Assembly: GCA_905178155.1 (NCBI GenBank)
Contig: CAJINV010000013.1
Span: 548,344-612,343 of the forward strand
Source: Amoebophrya sp. A120
Taxonomy: Eukaryota > Protista > Dinoflagellata
DNA: 64,000 nucleotides
Reading direction: 5' to 3'
Under the pieces are notes generated by a model, which was not told the origin of the DNA, ran no database searches, and saw only the letters and a program-made list of their open reading frames with translations. Positions within the stretch are counted from its first letter, which is position 1, and each line of letters begins with the position of its first letter. The position numbers were made by a program, and so were the translations under genes. This document shows positions 34,901-47,141 of this stretch, in pieces.

Positions 34901-36605
34901 TTATCGGCCAGCAGTAGATCCCCGACGCTCCTACCCAGCCGACTGGCAGAGTTCCTCGTCACGTGGCGTGGGAGTTGATGCGGCTGAAAACGTCGAGCAA
35001 GAAAGTAGAATCATCGCTCGATCGAGATCTGTGTCACGATCAGCACCTGATGATACAACAACTAGTGCTGGCGTAGTTCCTTTGCAACGGCCCCCGTTCT
35101 TGAACCAGAATGCAGCTGCCGGCGCCGATCCCCGACGAAAAGCGGAGGGATCAGCCCTGATTGCCGGGAGCGGGTGGAATGATCGGTCCATGCAGGCCCA
35201 CTCGGCGCAAGTGGTGGAGGAGCACGCACCGCCGATGCCGCCACCTCCGCGGTCCCGATTGTCGACCGCGTTACACCTGTATCTGCCCCTGAAAGAGATG
35301 TACGGTGACCGGATTTTCCAGTCCCTCCGCTCCGAGTTCCACATGTCCCGGCACGAGTGGAACACGGTGGTGTTTACCGCGGTGCACCGGGAGCACACCC
35401 GGTTAGAGAAATACCTGCCGAAAATCGAGGAGCTGATGCGGGACCGGAGCGGCGGCGAAGAACAACTTCATGAGGACAAGAAGCAGCACGAGGCGCTCAC
35501 CCACAGCTCCTCGGCGAAGCTCTCCATGTCGGGAAAGAGCGAGCGAAAAGCGGCCTCGTTTGACTCGGTCACCCTCTCTATCCTGAGTAAAAACGTACCC
35601 ACACCATAGTCAAGATGGGGAATCGGCTAGACAAATCCACAAGTTTTGGCTGTTTTGCATGACAAATTTGGACTCGTAGTGTAGTGCTGTTTGAGCTAGC
35701 TCAGCAGCATCACAGATCTAGCATACCATGCTGATTGGAGCATGACAACTTGCAAAACACGACTAGAAAATGCTTCTCATGGGGCGCCGCATGAGAAACA
35801 TTTTCAGCATGCAGATTTGCATTACAACTCTGGTGTGGGTACGTTTTTACTCAGGATACTCTCCGCCCTGGCGCACGTGATGGTGGAGCGGCTCCGCAAC
35901 CTCAGTAAGGCGGACGCGCTATCCTGAGTAAAAACGTACCCACACCAGAGTCAGGATGAGGATTTTGCAACACAAACCTAGGAGTTTTGTGAGTCACGCA
36001 TGACAAGTTGCAGTCCGTAGTGTAGTGCAGGTTCGCAAGGCCAGCTGCATCAGAAATCCATCTGCTCATCCTGTTTACAGCATCACAAATTCCACCAACA
36101 CGACTAAAAATGCCTCTCCTGGCGATGCGCATTACAAATGTTCCTGTCATTGCAAATCTGCATGACAACTCTGGTGTGGGGACGTTTTTACTCAGGATAC
36201 GCGCTGATCATCGAGAAAAACTTGATCCTGGGCTCCATCGAACGGGAGGCCTTGGACATGCGGTACATGAAAATGGAGCGGATGCTGAGCCGAATGCTCT
36301 CCGCCCTCGACATCCAGTACGACGATGCCAAGGAGAGAAAAGCGCAGGAAATCGCTGCCGCGTGCGTAAAAGAGTCAGGGACAGGAGGCGGGGTTGAAAC
36401 CAATGCGGAGGATGGCGCGGACGAGGAAAACGCGCTTTACCGGCTGCAGGCCGTCCAGGGGGGCACGAACGCCTACGGGGACCTCATCAAGGACCGCGCA
36501 AATGCTCAGGTGAGCGGCGTGCGTGCGCGGGTTTCGAGTATGTTTGGTCGCATCGTCGATCCCCGGGCTTCGGTCGGACAGGGGGCAGCCGAGCCCGCGG
36601 CGTGA
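31921..36605 (+). CDS. Single-domain 6TM voltage-gated-like cation channel (Ion_trans); exons about 31921-32487, 32840-33389, 33688-35578, 35864-35919, 36205-36605
   Basis: RRFF..SNMLD (S2-S3), S4 LRIMRFGRLMR, pore-helix FENYLQTILALNQM, S6 ITNQLIGIATD; frames join across four introners. Confidence 0.82.
32488..32834. mobile_element. Introner (347 bp), TSD cctgg/cttgg
   Basis: TATc..cttctagcataatt / aattatgctagaag..gATA; excision gives VTW-PLRK. Confidence 0.85.
33390..33682. mobile_element. Introner family A (293 bp), TSD gtttc
   Basis: Family A TIRs; excision gives MVF-LGTYDD. Confidence 0.93.
35579..35858. mobile_element. Introner family B (280 bp), TSD ctctc
   Basis: Perfect 28-bp TIR tatcctgagtaaaaacgtacccacacca; opposite orientation to the 2759 copy. 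Confidence 0.95.
35920..36199. mobile_element. Introner family B (280 bp), TSD cgcgc
   Basis: Near-perfect TIR; excision gives DAL-IIEK. Confidence 0.95.
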
Positions 36606-37103
36606 AGTAGATGGTAGGAGACGAGCGGAAGTGGACGAAAGGCCTTACTTACAACCATGTAGTTCAACATCAATATCCTTTTATTTTCTTCTATTCGTCC
36701 ATCTGTAAAAACTTTTTACATTATGGCAAACGAGAGTTGCCTCCTCGTCGAGGTCGAATCCATTGTTTCTGAGAATTGATGTGGTGCCAAGGTGGACGAG
36801 GAGGAGGTTCTGAATTACTCGCGAGCCCCGACGAATTGTTCTGTGGAATCCAATTTTATTTCTGTAGTATTTTTTGTGTGGAAGTATATGTATTCGATGA
36901 AAACAATGCGAAAACAGGCTGTGGCACTGGTGATCAACAAGGCGAATGGTCTTCGTGTTCAACTGAGTTCATTTTATCGTTGTGACGCAGGTCGTTTTGA
37001 ACCTGGTATTATGTTGAGCTGGCAGCTTCAGCATCATGTGCGAGTGGTAGAACTAGATAAAAAAGTCAAAACAAGGTTCATGTAGTTGAGTAGTTTTGAT
37101 CTC

Positions 37104-37589
37104 ATGCGGAAAATGCCATCGTTTCAAAAGGCCCCCGCAATTCTGCTGTTTTTCTTTCTACTTTGCGGCCAAGATGAGTTTCATTTTGCCACCGCGCTGC
37201 AGCTTACGCTAGGTCGGCATCGAAGAGTGCAAAAATTGGGGAAACTCGCGACTCGGGTGCAACAGAGGAAACTAGCATCTTCCCAGAGAACAGGACCGAT
37301 GCTGTCGCAGTTGCCCGCTTCGTCCAAAAAGCGCGACTGCTTCTCGCGCTCCTGCGACCTTTTTTTCCGGGACATGAGCGTCGCGGCCGAACTGCCCGCC
37401 CGCCGGGCGCGGGACTGCAACGACGACACGGGGCACATTGTTGGGATGGTGGAGGCCGGTTTACGTTTCGGACTGGCTATCCCGCTGTTTGTCTGGGACT
37501 GCGCGTGCGGGGCGGTTTCGCATGTCGTCGGGCTGAACACGCGCCGACGCTACGGGCTGACGGAGTGGGGCAGAAATTGCGCTTGCTGA
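37104..37589 (+). CDS. Small hypothetical protein with signal-like segment and Cys-rich C-terminus
   Basis: Hydrophobic N-terminus, GC-rich coding-like 3' half, co-oriented with neighbours; no family recognised. Confidence 0.5.
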   Translation: MRKMPSFQKAPAILLFFFLLCGQDEFHFATALQLTLGRHRRVQKLGKLATRVQQRKLASSQRTGPMLSQLPASSKKRDCFSRSCDLFFRDMSVAAELPARRARDCNDDTGHIVGMVEAGLRFGLAIPLFVWDCACGAVSHVVGLNTRRRYGLTEWGRNCAC

Positions 37590-38732
37590 GTCCTCCGCTG
37601 CATCGCGGAAAGCTGTCCTACCGCGGCCATGCCGGAAAGGGAGAAAACGAGAATAGTGATATATTGCAGGAGTTGTTCGTCTTCGAGCTTGAGCATGTGT
37701 TTCGTCTTGTCCTGTAGAAAAAAAAATGGGGTAGCTGAACAAGATTTGATTTACTTCATAAGTTTGTTCATGGTATGAAAATTGGTTTGCCCTTGCCGCC
37801 TCATTCCACCCGTAGCATCCTCTTCTTGTATGTAAGCGGTGCAATATCAAATTGACAATGTCGCGATTCGATCTTTCGTTGTATGATAGATAGATTCATC
37901 GTCATCCAGCCTTCTCTGGCTCCTGAAAACGAAAAGATGTGGTTTCTGAAAGTACAGCTACAGAGAGAGACACATCACAGACAACATACACCCAAATTAC
38001 CAGCGATGTAGGAGAATTACTGAGAATGAGTTACTAATATCTAACTTGCTGGTTATGGTTTTGCATCGACGCTGAATTTGACGTGTTTCTGTGGCCCATG
38101 AATTACCTAGCATGTTTGAGCCCTTTTTGTGAACTTAACATTTTGTGGTTTGCAAAATGCAAAGACAACAAGCATCCTTTAATGAACAAACGAGGCCACT
38201 ACATCAACGTGAGAGGTTTCAACTTGGTTTAGTTAATCTTGTTCCGTATTTCCGTCTGGTTTTATTCTGTGTTTCACCAGTTCCCCCAAGCGCAAAAAAG
38301 TCCTTGGTTTTTTTAAAGAATGCCTGTATCTTCCTTTCTTAGGCATTCGTTAAATCGTTCTGCCAGGTTGATCACTTGTTGTCTTAGTTGCGGTGTCTTT
38401 CCACGGACGCAGCGCAAAAGATGTTCCAACGTGATAATATTTGCTTTTTGGATGCCCACCTTCCTGCGTTTGCATCAATTACATATACATGTTTCACCTT
38501 GCAGCCCTTACCTTGCGTTCCTTATGTCATTTTCATTCTTTCTGTACTTTCGACTGAGCCCTTTCTTTGCAGCCTACAACTAAATAAGTAAATCACATTC
38601 CCATTCGCAATTATGCGCATGACAATACCGAGCCCAATACGCTTCTATGTTGAAGACACGGGATAGAAAGTTTCTTCTATCGCTTCACATGGATCATCCT
38701 GCGAATGATTTCATTATCATATTGTAATATTG

Positions 38733-38749
38733 AGCCATTTTGGCTCAAG
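38733..38749 (+). other. Relic of dinoflagellate spliced leader (AGCCATTTTGGCTCAAG)
   Basis: Exact match to the last 17 nt of DinoSL DCCGTAGCCATTTTGGCTCAAG; not followed by GT, so not an SL RNA gene. Confidence 0.88.
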
Positions 38750-39971
38750 CAGCGACCACAACTACATCCAACATTTTTGTCAACTAGTAGCTGATATTTT
38801 TACACAGAAAGAACAAGAAGCTGTAGTATAAGAATGTTGGCGGGTCTTGTTTTTCATTTCAGCGACAGCGACGAGGGTTTTAATAAAAGGCTTTCATTTT
38901 TTAATAAAACAGATCAAAACACATGCGTTGTTGAGAACGGATACTACCCCTTTCCAAATCAAAACACATTAGGACCCGGGGGGACAGGAAGAGCCCCCCG
39001 GTAGCGCTAGAAAGACGTACTCACATGGGTGCACACATAAGGACGTTGAAAAAGAAACACACACACGCACACACGTCGGTCAAAAAACAGAAACAATATG
39101 CGTCCTGCACAAACTGCCCTGACTCACTCACCGGGTGGATGCGCCACCGAGGTCCGTCGCTGCAGTAGCTTAAATAATAAATAATAAAAAGAAAAATATA
39201 GAAATAGTAGCGGCAAAGCTATCTGTAGTGCTTTCCTGGTAGAACAGCCGCGCCACGCCGCTGAGCGGGAGACGGCCTGTCCAGTGAGTGAGTGCCCCGT
39301 CAACTGCTCGCCGGGGCGCTGCGTGGAAGAGCAGCGTCGCCGCATGTCGAGCCGGGGAACTAGTTTGCTTTCGATTGCCTTTTTATTTTTTAAGTTCCCC
39401 GTCATCTCAATTCCCCCTTAACTTGCCGCCTTACTCTTCACGGACATGGGGGATGACATCAGCGCGTAGAACGGTTTGAACCAGACTCGGGCTACAAGGC
39501 CACAGGTAAACTATCCCAGTGTCTTCCGGCCGGCCTTGACGCAATCTGACTACTAAAAGCCTCGCGGTAGCTGGGGGGCGTTCTAGTCTTCGGTCTAGTT
39601 CGTCGCCCTCTACCAGGCCTGTACTACCTGAAAGCAGAACTTCGGCTAGGGCAACAAGATCACATCAAGCAGCATCCGCGAGCAGCATCCGAACCGAGAG
39701 TAGTCAGCCGGGCCATTTCTGAAGGCGCTGCGAGGTGGGCGGAGAGGCATCACGCTAGCAGTTGGACGGGAGCAAGGCCAGCGTTCTTCTGTGTGATGTT
39801 CGTCGTATACTGTCCTGCCTAGTTCAACTATGTAGGTTATCTCTCTCTCTCTCTTCTATGTTGAAGACACGACAGATCGTTTCTATCGTACCATTTTCTT
39901 GTTCACGCACTCTCTTCACTTCACGAGGCAATCTTCTTTGTCCCAGCGAGTACAGAAAATGCGTCTTCACC

Positions 39972-42900
39972 ATGATTCGGCTTTTTGCAGCGACGTCGTT
40001 TCTCGCTCTGCTTTTCTCAGCTCCGACGAGGATGATCGTACATGTGGGGGCGGAGGACCCACTGGCCGGAAAAACTGCAACGACGGTCTCTTCACAGCAA
40101 ATAAGCTCAAGAACAACCTCAAGCGACGCCGACGACCAAGAGCAGCCGCTACCACCATTACCCGAACTCGTCGAGCGATATTTTCGAGCACAAGAAGCAG
40201 GGAAACAGCCGCACAAGGAGCAGGGAAACAGCCGCACAAGAAGAACTGGAGCATTAACTGCTTCCTCTTCTACGGCAGCGCCATCTCGACAGACCGAATC
40301 TCAAGCCCTTCTCCAGCGTGCTCCGAAGCGAATTGGGTACGTGCTGGACCGGAAGGAATTCCAGGCGCAACTCGACTTGGGCAAGCGTTACCTGGAGGGG
40401 GAGCTCCAGGACCCAGACGTGTTTCCCATTCCGCAGTTCCAATCGGCCTGGGAGCAAGTGAAGGGAGTGATTCTGGAGGACGTTGTGGAGGGAAGACTGC
40501 TCTCAGTTCTTTCATCTAGTACGACTCTTAGTCATCATCAAGAACATCAGCGGGAGAACGCAGTGTCGGCGAAAATGAACCTCGGACGTCGTCAAGATGG
40601 CACCACCACGGAAAGTAGAACTTCCAGGAAAAATATGGCGAACTTGCTATTTAAAAAGCTGTTCTTCGCGACCGAGTCCGAGGTTGCTGGATTATCTTCA
40701 AGGAAAACAAGAGACATCTTCACAGACATCACAGGAGATGATGAATTCAAGCCAACACGAAGAAAAAGTGACGGGTACGTGCGTTTCGAGATTCAGCAGT
40801 TGTGCGAGAATGACCCGCCGGACAAGCGCGCGGCGGAGTTCATCACTTCGAAAGTGCACACGTATCAAAAGGAAAAATCCCCCCTCCCAATATCAAAACG
40901 GAAATCTGTGTTGCAGATTTGTTGTCACAGATTAGCTTTGTTATGCTACACGGGAAAAGCAAAAGATCCGGACTGTAGTGCTGGGTGGCGTGGGGAAGCC
41001 TTGCATCTTCAGCATGATAGGAGGCAGCTGAGAGTGGGAAACAGCATGACAAATTGCCTGCAAACGAGGCCACGACTGCGGCTCTTGGCGGTCTAGCATG
41101 ACAAGTCGATTTGTGACCTCAAATACAGCATCACAAATTTCGTTTTCGATATGGGGAGGGGGGATTTTTCCTTTCGATAACACGGACAACTACTACATGG
41201 GCGCGATCTATTTCATAGTCTCGGATTCCCACCAGTTTGGCACCACCATGTTCCACCATGCGGACGACGAGGTGGGGTTTGTCGCGGAACCCTTCGCCAT
41301 CTACCAGATGGACTGGACCGGGTTCCACTCCTCGAAGCCGTTTTGCAGCAAAAGCGTAGTTGGAGGCGGGAATTCTGTGAAGATCATGATGCCGGGGTGG
41401 ACAACTTCTGTGGAGATGGTAAAGGGAAAAAGTGCTGGTAGGAACAACCACAGAGGCTATTATTTGATGAACAAACGCGGCGACAAGAAGATTTCCTCTG
41501 CACCAGCACGACAGCGAAATAAACTACAAACTTCGACACGGAAAAATATTTATCCTGCAGCCTCTTCCGCTTTATCACCCTGCGTCCGCACTTTTTTCCG
41601 CGTTTGGTTCTACCACCCTGTTCTGTCGGTTTTGAACTACAATATCCACCCACTGTACTTCAAATACCTGCAGAAACTGCCGGAAACCAAGCCGCGGTGT
41701 CCGGCGTTGCGAGACAGAAGTTTGTCCAGCTCCTGCTTTCTCCCCGTACTGGAGAAAGACAGCGAGCTGGACCAACACCGGTCCCACTGCCACATCTGTT
41801 GCAATTTAAATACCGAGATCGGCGACGCGGTGGGCTGCTGGAAACATTTGTCGAATTTGGAGCCAGCTGCAAGTAGGAACCTGTCGTGGGAAGCCTGCTG
41901 CGCGGAAGACGACGTCGTAGGTTCGTCTATGCTACAACCTAGCACAAATACGGAGGACACGGTGAAGAATGAGCTTGTAGATGAACGAAGCGGAGCGGGA
42001 GCCGGAGCCACAACGTCGCGCCCACCTACGACGTCGTCGTTGTTCATCCCGTCGTATACAACCGGTGACGCCTACTGGGGCCACGACTATTTTCTCTCGT
42101 CGCAACAGGTAGACTCCGCAGCCCAGTGTTTGCAGTTGTGCGTGGAAAGCGGCAACCTGTGTGGCGGGTACACGTGGATCAAGCAGAACTCTGATGGTGG
42201 AAGCACGTCTACACCCAACGAAGAAATGATAAATCCAGAACAACATGCAAGTCAACAGCACGACCTGGACCTGCCCCCGACGTGGCAGAGCACCATTCTG
42301 CCTGCGTCGCTGATTTTGGAGTTGCGTGGGCTATGTTTACTTCGCGGGGATATTCCGCTTGCGAAGGAAATGGAGCGGAATTTCTTGGCAGGCTGTGGTG
42401 GTGGAGCTGCTCCAGCTCCACCGACATTCGGTGCGATGCCGGACATTTTTCTTCACGTTTTCCGTAGTAGAGGGATGGTTTCGGGGCTAAGGAAACTCGC
42501 TCTACACGATTCCGGATCCGGCCAGCACGAAAACATCAACTTCGAATTATTCGACAATTGCGACGTGAACGCCCAGATTTTTGACTCTATTGCGTTTGTG
42601 TCATCAGCGAACGAATGCGAACAGAAATGCATCGAGCACGGTAGTACTGCAGGACGTCACAATCACAAATCCGATGAAGGCGGTAGTCTCCTCGACGGCA
42701 CATCACCAGAAGCGAAAGACGCAAATGAGCAGGAGATGAGCACAACTTCGAAAGCATGTAAAAGCTACACCTACATCCTCCCGGAGTTCGATGGGGATCC
42801 CTGGTCGCACTTCAGTACGCAGTTTTACGACAAATTTGTACAGAAGCGGTGCGTGTTGAAGACGAGAAGAAATAGTGAAGATGCTTGGAAAAGAACTTCC

Positions 42901-45900
42901 ACAGCCGCTACTGCTCCTGCTGCTGCTGCTGATCCCATTTCTGGTGGACAAGGTGCGGACAGAGTCAGAGATAGAACTTCTGACAAAGAAGTTTTGTTAC
43001 AGCACCGACACAGCTTTCTACCCGACAACGATTTTGTCATTGTACCGAACTCGGTTTCGGGAACGCGGGAGGAACACACGGGAATCCTTGTACCGACACG
43101 GATCCTGTTTGCTGGTCCTCGTGGTGGTTCAACAGAACAACAAGCAGTAAGTGCTACTAGTGCTCCGTCCGAGTTCGAAATCGGATCCACTTCTGCTGCA
43201 AGAACTAGTACTTTCTCGCAGTGGTGCTTCTTTGGAGACCGACTAGTTTTTGAGTTCGCTCCTCCCGGTGTTTTGCTGGAGTCGATAGCGGTCACGTTTG
43301 CACAGCCACTGATGGTTGCTTTACGTCGTAAAAATGCTCCTGCTCGGCATGGGGGCAGTGGCAGCGCAGAGGACAATGGTGCGAACATAACCACAGAATC
43401 GTCCGCCGATGCTAGTATCTTCGCATGGAACCACCAGTGGAGCTACGAACTTCTCTTCTCAAGAACAACATCAAAAGTTATAGGCGATCGCGCAACTGCA
43501 ATAGTACAGCCCGAGGAACAGTCTGGTGACAGCACTACATCATATTCTGACGCTGCTCCGGAAGACGAAGATCTTGCACGATTGTCTAATACCGAGTCCT
43601 GTGGAACCGAATCCTCTTCTTACTCCAACGTCGCAAAGTTTGTTTTTGGGAAAAACCGGTGCCCGAAACTGTTCTCTGAACACCGAGAGGGCGTGGTTAG
43701 GTTGGAATTCAGGAATCGGAGTGCTGTTACTGAAAAAGACAATAGCGTCGATATTGATAGCCACGACGGGCTGCACAAAGAAGATGATACGAAAAATTCG
43801 AAAGTGAAAGGTCTGGGTTTTTGTGCGGTGGAGTTTCTCGGAAGACCCGTCGCTGGCGAGGAGACAGACCGACACGCAAAAACAGCAGAGTCGAGATCGA
43901 GAACTACACGACTCTTCGATGCGATAAACCAAAATTTGGAACTCGAACTGCAAGAGCCACGGTTGTTGCCGTGGTTGCCGAAGGAGAAACAAGTAAAGCA
44001 AGAGAGGACAACTACATCTCCGTCTCCTTCTCCACTACAAGAGAAAAGCACAGTGTCCGCAAGTTCTGTTAACCAATATCCGCCCTGCAACGAGGAGCTG
44101 ATCGGGCGCAGTTCGTTTTTCAAATTGCACTACGACACGGAGCAGATTCGCATGGCACAACTAGACTGCGAACTCACTTCCAACAATCACTACGAGTACA
44201 TGGACACGCAGTTAGTCATGAATAACATGTTCAGCTTCAACCTGGCCATTTATCAGAGTGCACAAGAACTCGGCGTAGCCCTCGTTTGTCATGCAATATC
44301 GGAAATCCTGTGGTGTGGCTTCCACTCCCTGGCGTGCGTGTTGGCACTGTTTGCATCACAAGTTCGGAAGCCGAATAAACGTCACTACAGTTGTCGGCGC
44401 GTGATGATGAACTTGTCATGGACGGGCCCCACATGTGCTGGAGCTGGACTGGTGCTTGTATTGCTGTTAATGCCATATTAGCATACAAATGAGCAGGGGG
44501 AGAACGAAGGAGTTGTGTACTCTCGTCATACCAGTTGCTTTCCGAAGACGTATCAAGACTTGGACCCGCTCGACACAGAGACCTACTGCTCACTGGAGTC
44601 TATTTTAAAGAAATACTACCGCGACGTCGGCGCGAAGTGCGAGTCACTGCGGATCATGAGCAGGCAGCGGTTTTGGCCCCACCACCACTTCGGAGTAGGC
44701 GACGGGGGTCCTCGTGGAGGTGCTAGTACCTCCTTTCACCCAAAACTTGATTTCCTTATCGCGGGCTTTGCCCGGTCGGGCTCCACGACGGTAAAGGCAA
44801 ATTTGGCGAAAAACTACGCGGAGAAAATATCGATGGGCGAAGAGCTGTTGTCTTTCAATTGGCCGCCATTGCTGCGGTTGCATGACGTCAAGCAGTTTCG
44901 AGAAGTGCTCTTCTCCGCTGATGTGGATCATAGAAGTTCTGCATCCACCGGGCATCAATTTGGTGGAGGCAATAATAAAGCCGGAGAAGCGCTTGTTTCC
45001 TCATCCCCTCGTCGTCTGATCGGCTTCAAGTCGGAGGCTTTCGCTTTTTCCCGTCACGTGGAGCTGGTCTGCAAAGCCTTTCCAGAGATGAAGCTGATCT
45101 TTGTGATTCGCGAGCCGATGGAGTGGCTACAGTCCGTGTTCAACTACCGCGTCCATCTCCGCTGCGCCATGGAGGGCATCGGCAGTTCTGGGTGCAGCGA
45201 CAACGAGATGGACGCTTTCCTGCAGATCGCGCGGGGTGAGCGTGAGTTTGAGGATTGCGGCCGGCGATTCGGGAAATACGCGGACATTTTGACAAAGGAC
45301 GTGTTTCCGTTTTGCGGGGAGGACCGAGTTTTGTTGTTGGAGTTCGAGTGGCTGAAAAGTGATCCGGTGACGTTCTTCCAGCAGATCGAACTGTTTCTGG
45401 GGATAGAAGAAGCCATAAAAGAAGAAAAAGCAGATGATAATGTTGAAACAGGCGAAGGCCAGGGGGATGATGAACATGCGGAAAAAGAAGAACTGCAACC
45501 GCAACAGCCGCGTGCAGCCGGCCCAAGAAAACAGCGCGCCCGCGTGTTGGAATCGCGCAACGAGTACGATAAACACGCCTACAATTATGTGGTGCGGAAC
45601 ATTTTTTGCGACGATAAAGAATTCAAATCGTCAGAAGAGCTTGCCAAGGAAGATGGTGAGATTTTTGATACCTTGCGAGAATATTACTACGGCGGTGGAA
45701 AAAATGATAGGGGAGACAACGCATCTTCTGATAAGCCAGATGAAGCGGAATTTCCTGGAGATGAAGGTGAGAGAAATGGTGGAAAAAGTAGGTATAGTCA
45801 AGGCAGTCAAGGCAGCACGAGCATCGCGACTTTGGTGGAACGCTCGCAAGACCGGCTTATGGAGATGGCGCGAGCGGCAACAGCAAAGACAAGAAGAAAT

Positions 45901-46059
45901 GTTGATGGGGGACAAGAACAGCCTGCGGTTCGAAGATTTTCTGTCTCGGATAAAATCAGATACGGGGTGACCCGGAGTAAAGAGGCTTGCTTTGGCTTTT
46001 GGAACGTCAACAGCACCGGGGCGTTCCGCGTTGTGGACAAAAAGTCTTGGGAAACATAG
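39972..46059 (+). CDS. Secreted-type multidomain protein: PAN/apple-like Cys modules plus C-terminal sulfotransferase; exons about 39972-40862, 41185-44250, 44536-46059
   Basis: Signal peptide MIRLFAATSFLALLF; CxxxC..CxxYT modules; DFLIAGFARSGSTT (5'-PSB) and LIFVIREPMEWLQS (3'-PB). Confidence 0.8.
40863..41179. mobile_element. Introner family D (317 bp), TSD acacg
   Basis: TATcaaaaggaaaaatcccccctccc / gggagggggatttttcctttcgATA; excision gives HT-DNYY. Confidence 0.95.
44251..44530. mobile_element. Introner family E (280 bp), TSD ccatt/ccagt
   Basis: TATcagagtgcacaa / ttgtgtactctcgtcATA; excision keeps frame and removes the stop at 44479-44481. Confidence 0.88.
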
Positions 46060-47141
46060 AGCTTGGTCCTCTGTCTTGGTGGAGGAAGTTTTCGCAAAGA
46101 CATCCTCAAGTTCAAGTTTTGGGTGGAGGAAGTTTTCGCACGAAGTTCAAGTTCTGGGCGAGATGCCGGTGCTTAGAAGTATGACATGAAAATAAAGGCG
46201 GTGGAGCGAGATGAATCTACGTTAAGAAATTGATCATATGCAAATGAACCAAATCTATATCTAACGATCACATGCACACCGTCATCAACGTGTGTCTTTC
46301 TCTCTTCTACAACTCACGGAAGATGAAGAAGCAATGAAATTCCCATTTGAATCGACTTAAGTAGCGCAAAAGTGAAGTAAAGTACTCTCAGCATGAATTC
46401 TTTGGAAAATGACGCGATATAGTAGTGCGAAAATATGAAGAAGAAGATTCAGAAGCCAAAAAAAAGCTGCAAGATGAGATGAAGGCGATCAAGATCTGTT
46501 CGAGAAAATTTGGTTTGAAACCCCGTCAAGCAAGAGATGCCACAATTGCAATCATGATCTCTTTTTGGTCAATGAGAACGATCGATCCCAATGCTTCGTA
46601 GCGCACAGGTTTTGAATCGAGGTCAGAATCAAGCTGGTCATTTAACGAAATTCAGAACGAAATTTTCATTTGCCAGTTTTCAAAATTTTTTCTCAGGTCC
46701 CATTATTTTGTAAATAAAAATAATGGTTGATTTGAAGTAGTCCTCCGTATTTGATGTACCCATATTTTTTTCTTAGCTCAAGCCGGCATGATATCCCTAG
46801 CCTTTTCTGAAAATGGTCTTTCCGTTTTGTGAGCGATGCGCCACTGAATAAAGCTTCAGCATCTTTTCGAACCGCGACTCTCTCTAGGCACAAGACATCA
46901 AGAAACGTCCAAACAAAGAATTTTTGTTTCGTTTCCTTTCTGAAAAGTTTCACAACAACTACGCTTTAATTCCTTACGCGCGTTCTATCAGTTATTTCAC
47001 AACTAAAAGTTGAGCAATTTTCCTTTTCCCAAACTATTATACCATCTACCTTCTTCTACATTATCCTAGAAGAAATTTCTCCTCCACTACAAGACTGAAA
47101 CCCACCCTACTAATAATCAAATTCTCTAGAAAATAATCAAA

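Noticed and set aside
35579-36199. CRISPR-like repeat array
   Set aside because: The repeats alternate in orientation and are the TIRs of two adjacent introners in a eukaryotic gene.
38733-38800. SL RNA gene
   Set aside because: The first 5 SL nucleotides are absent and no GT donor follows AAG.
38779-39767. Possible TIR pair or solo LTR
   Set aside because: The inverted match is short and gapped, with no TSD or TG..CA boundaries found.
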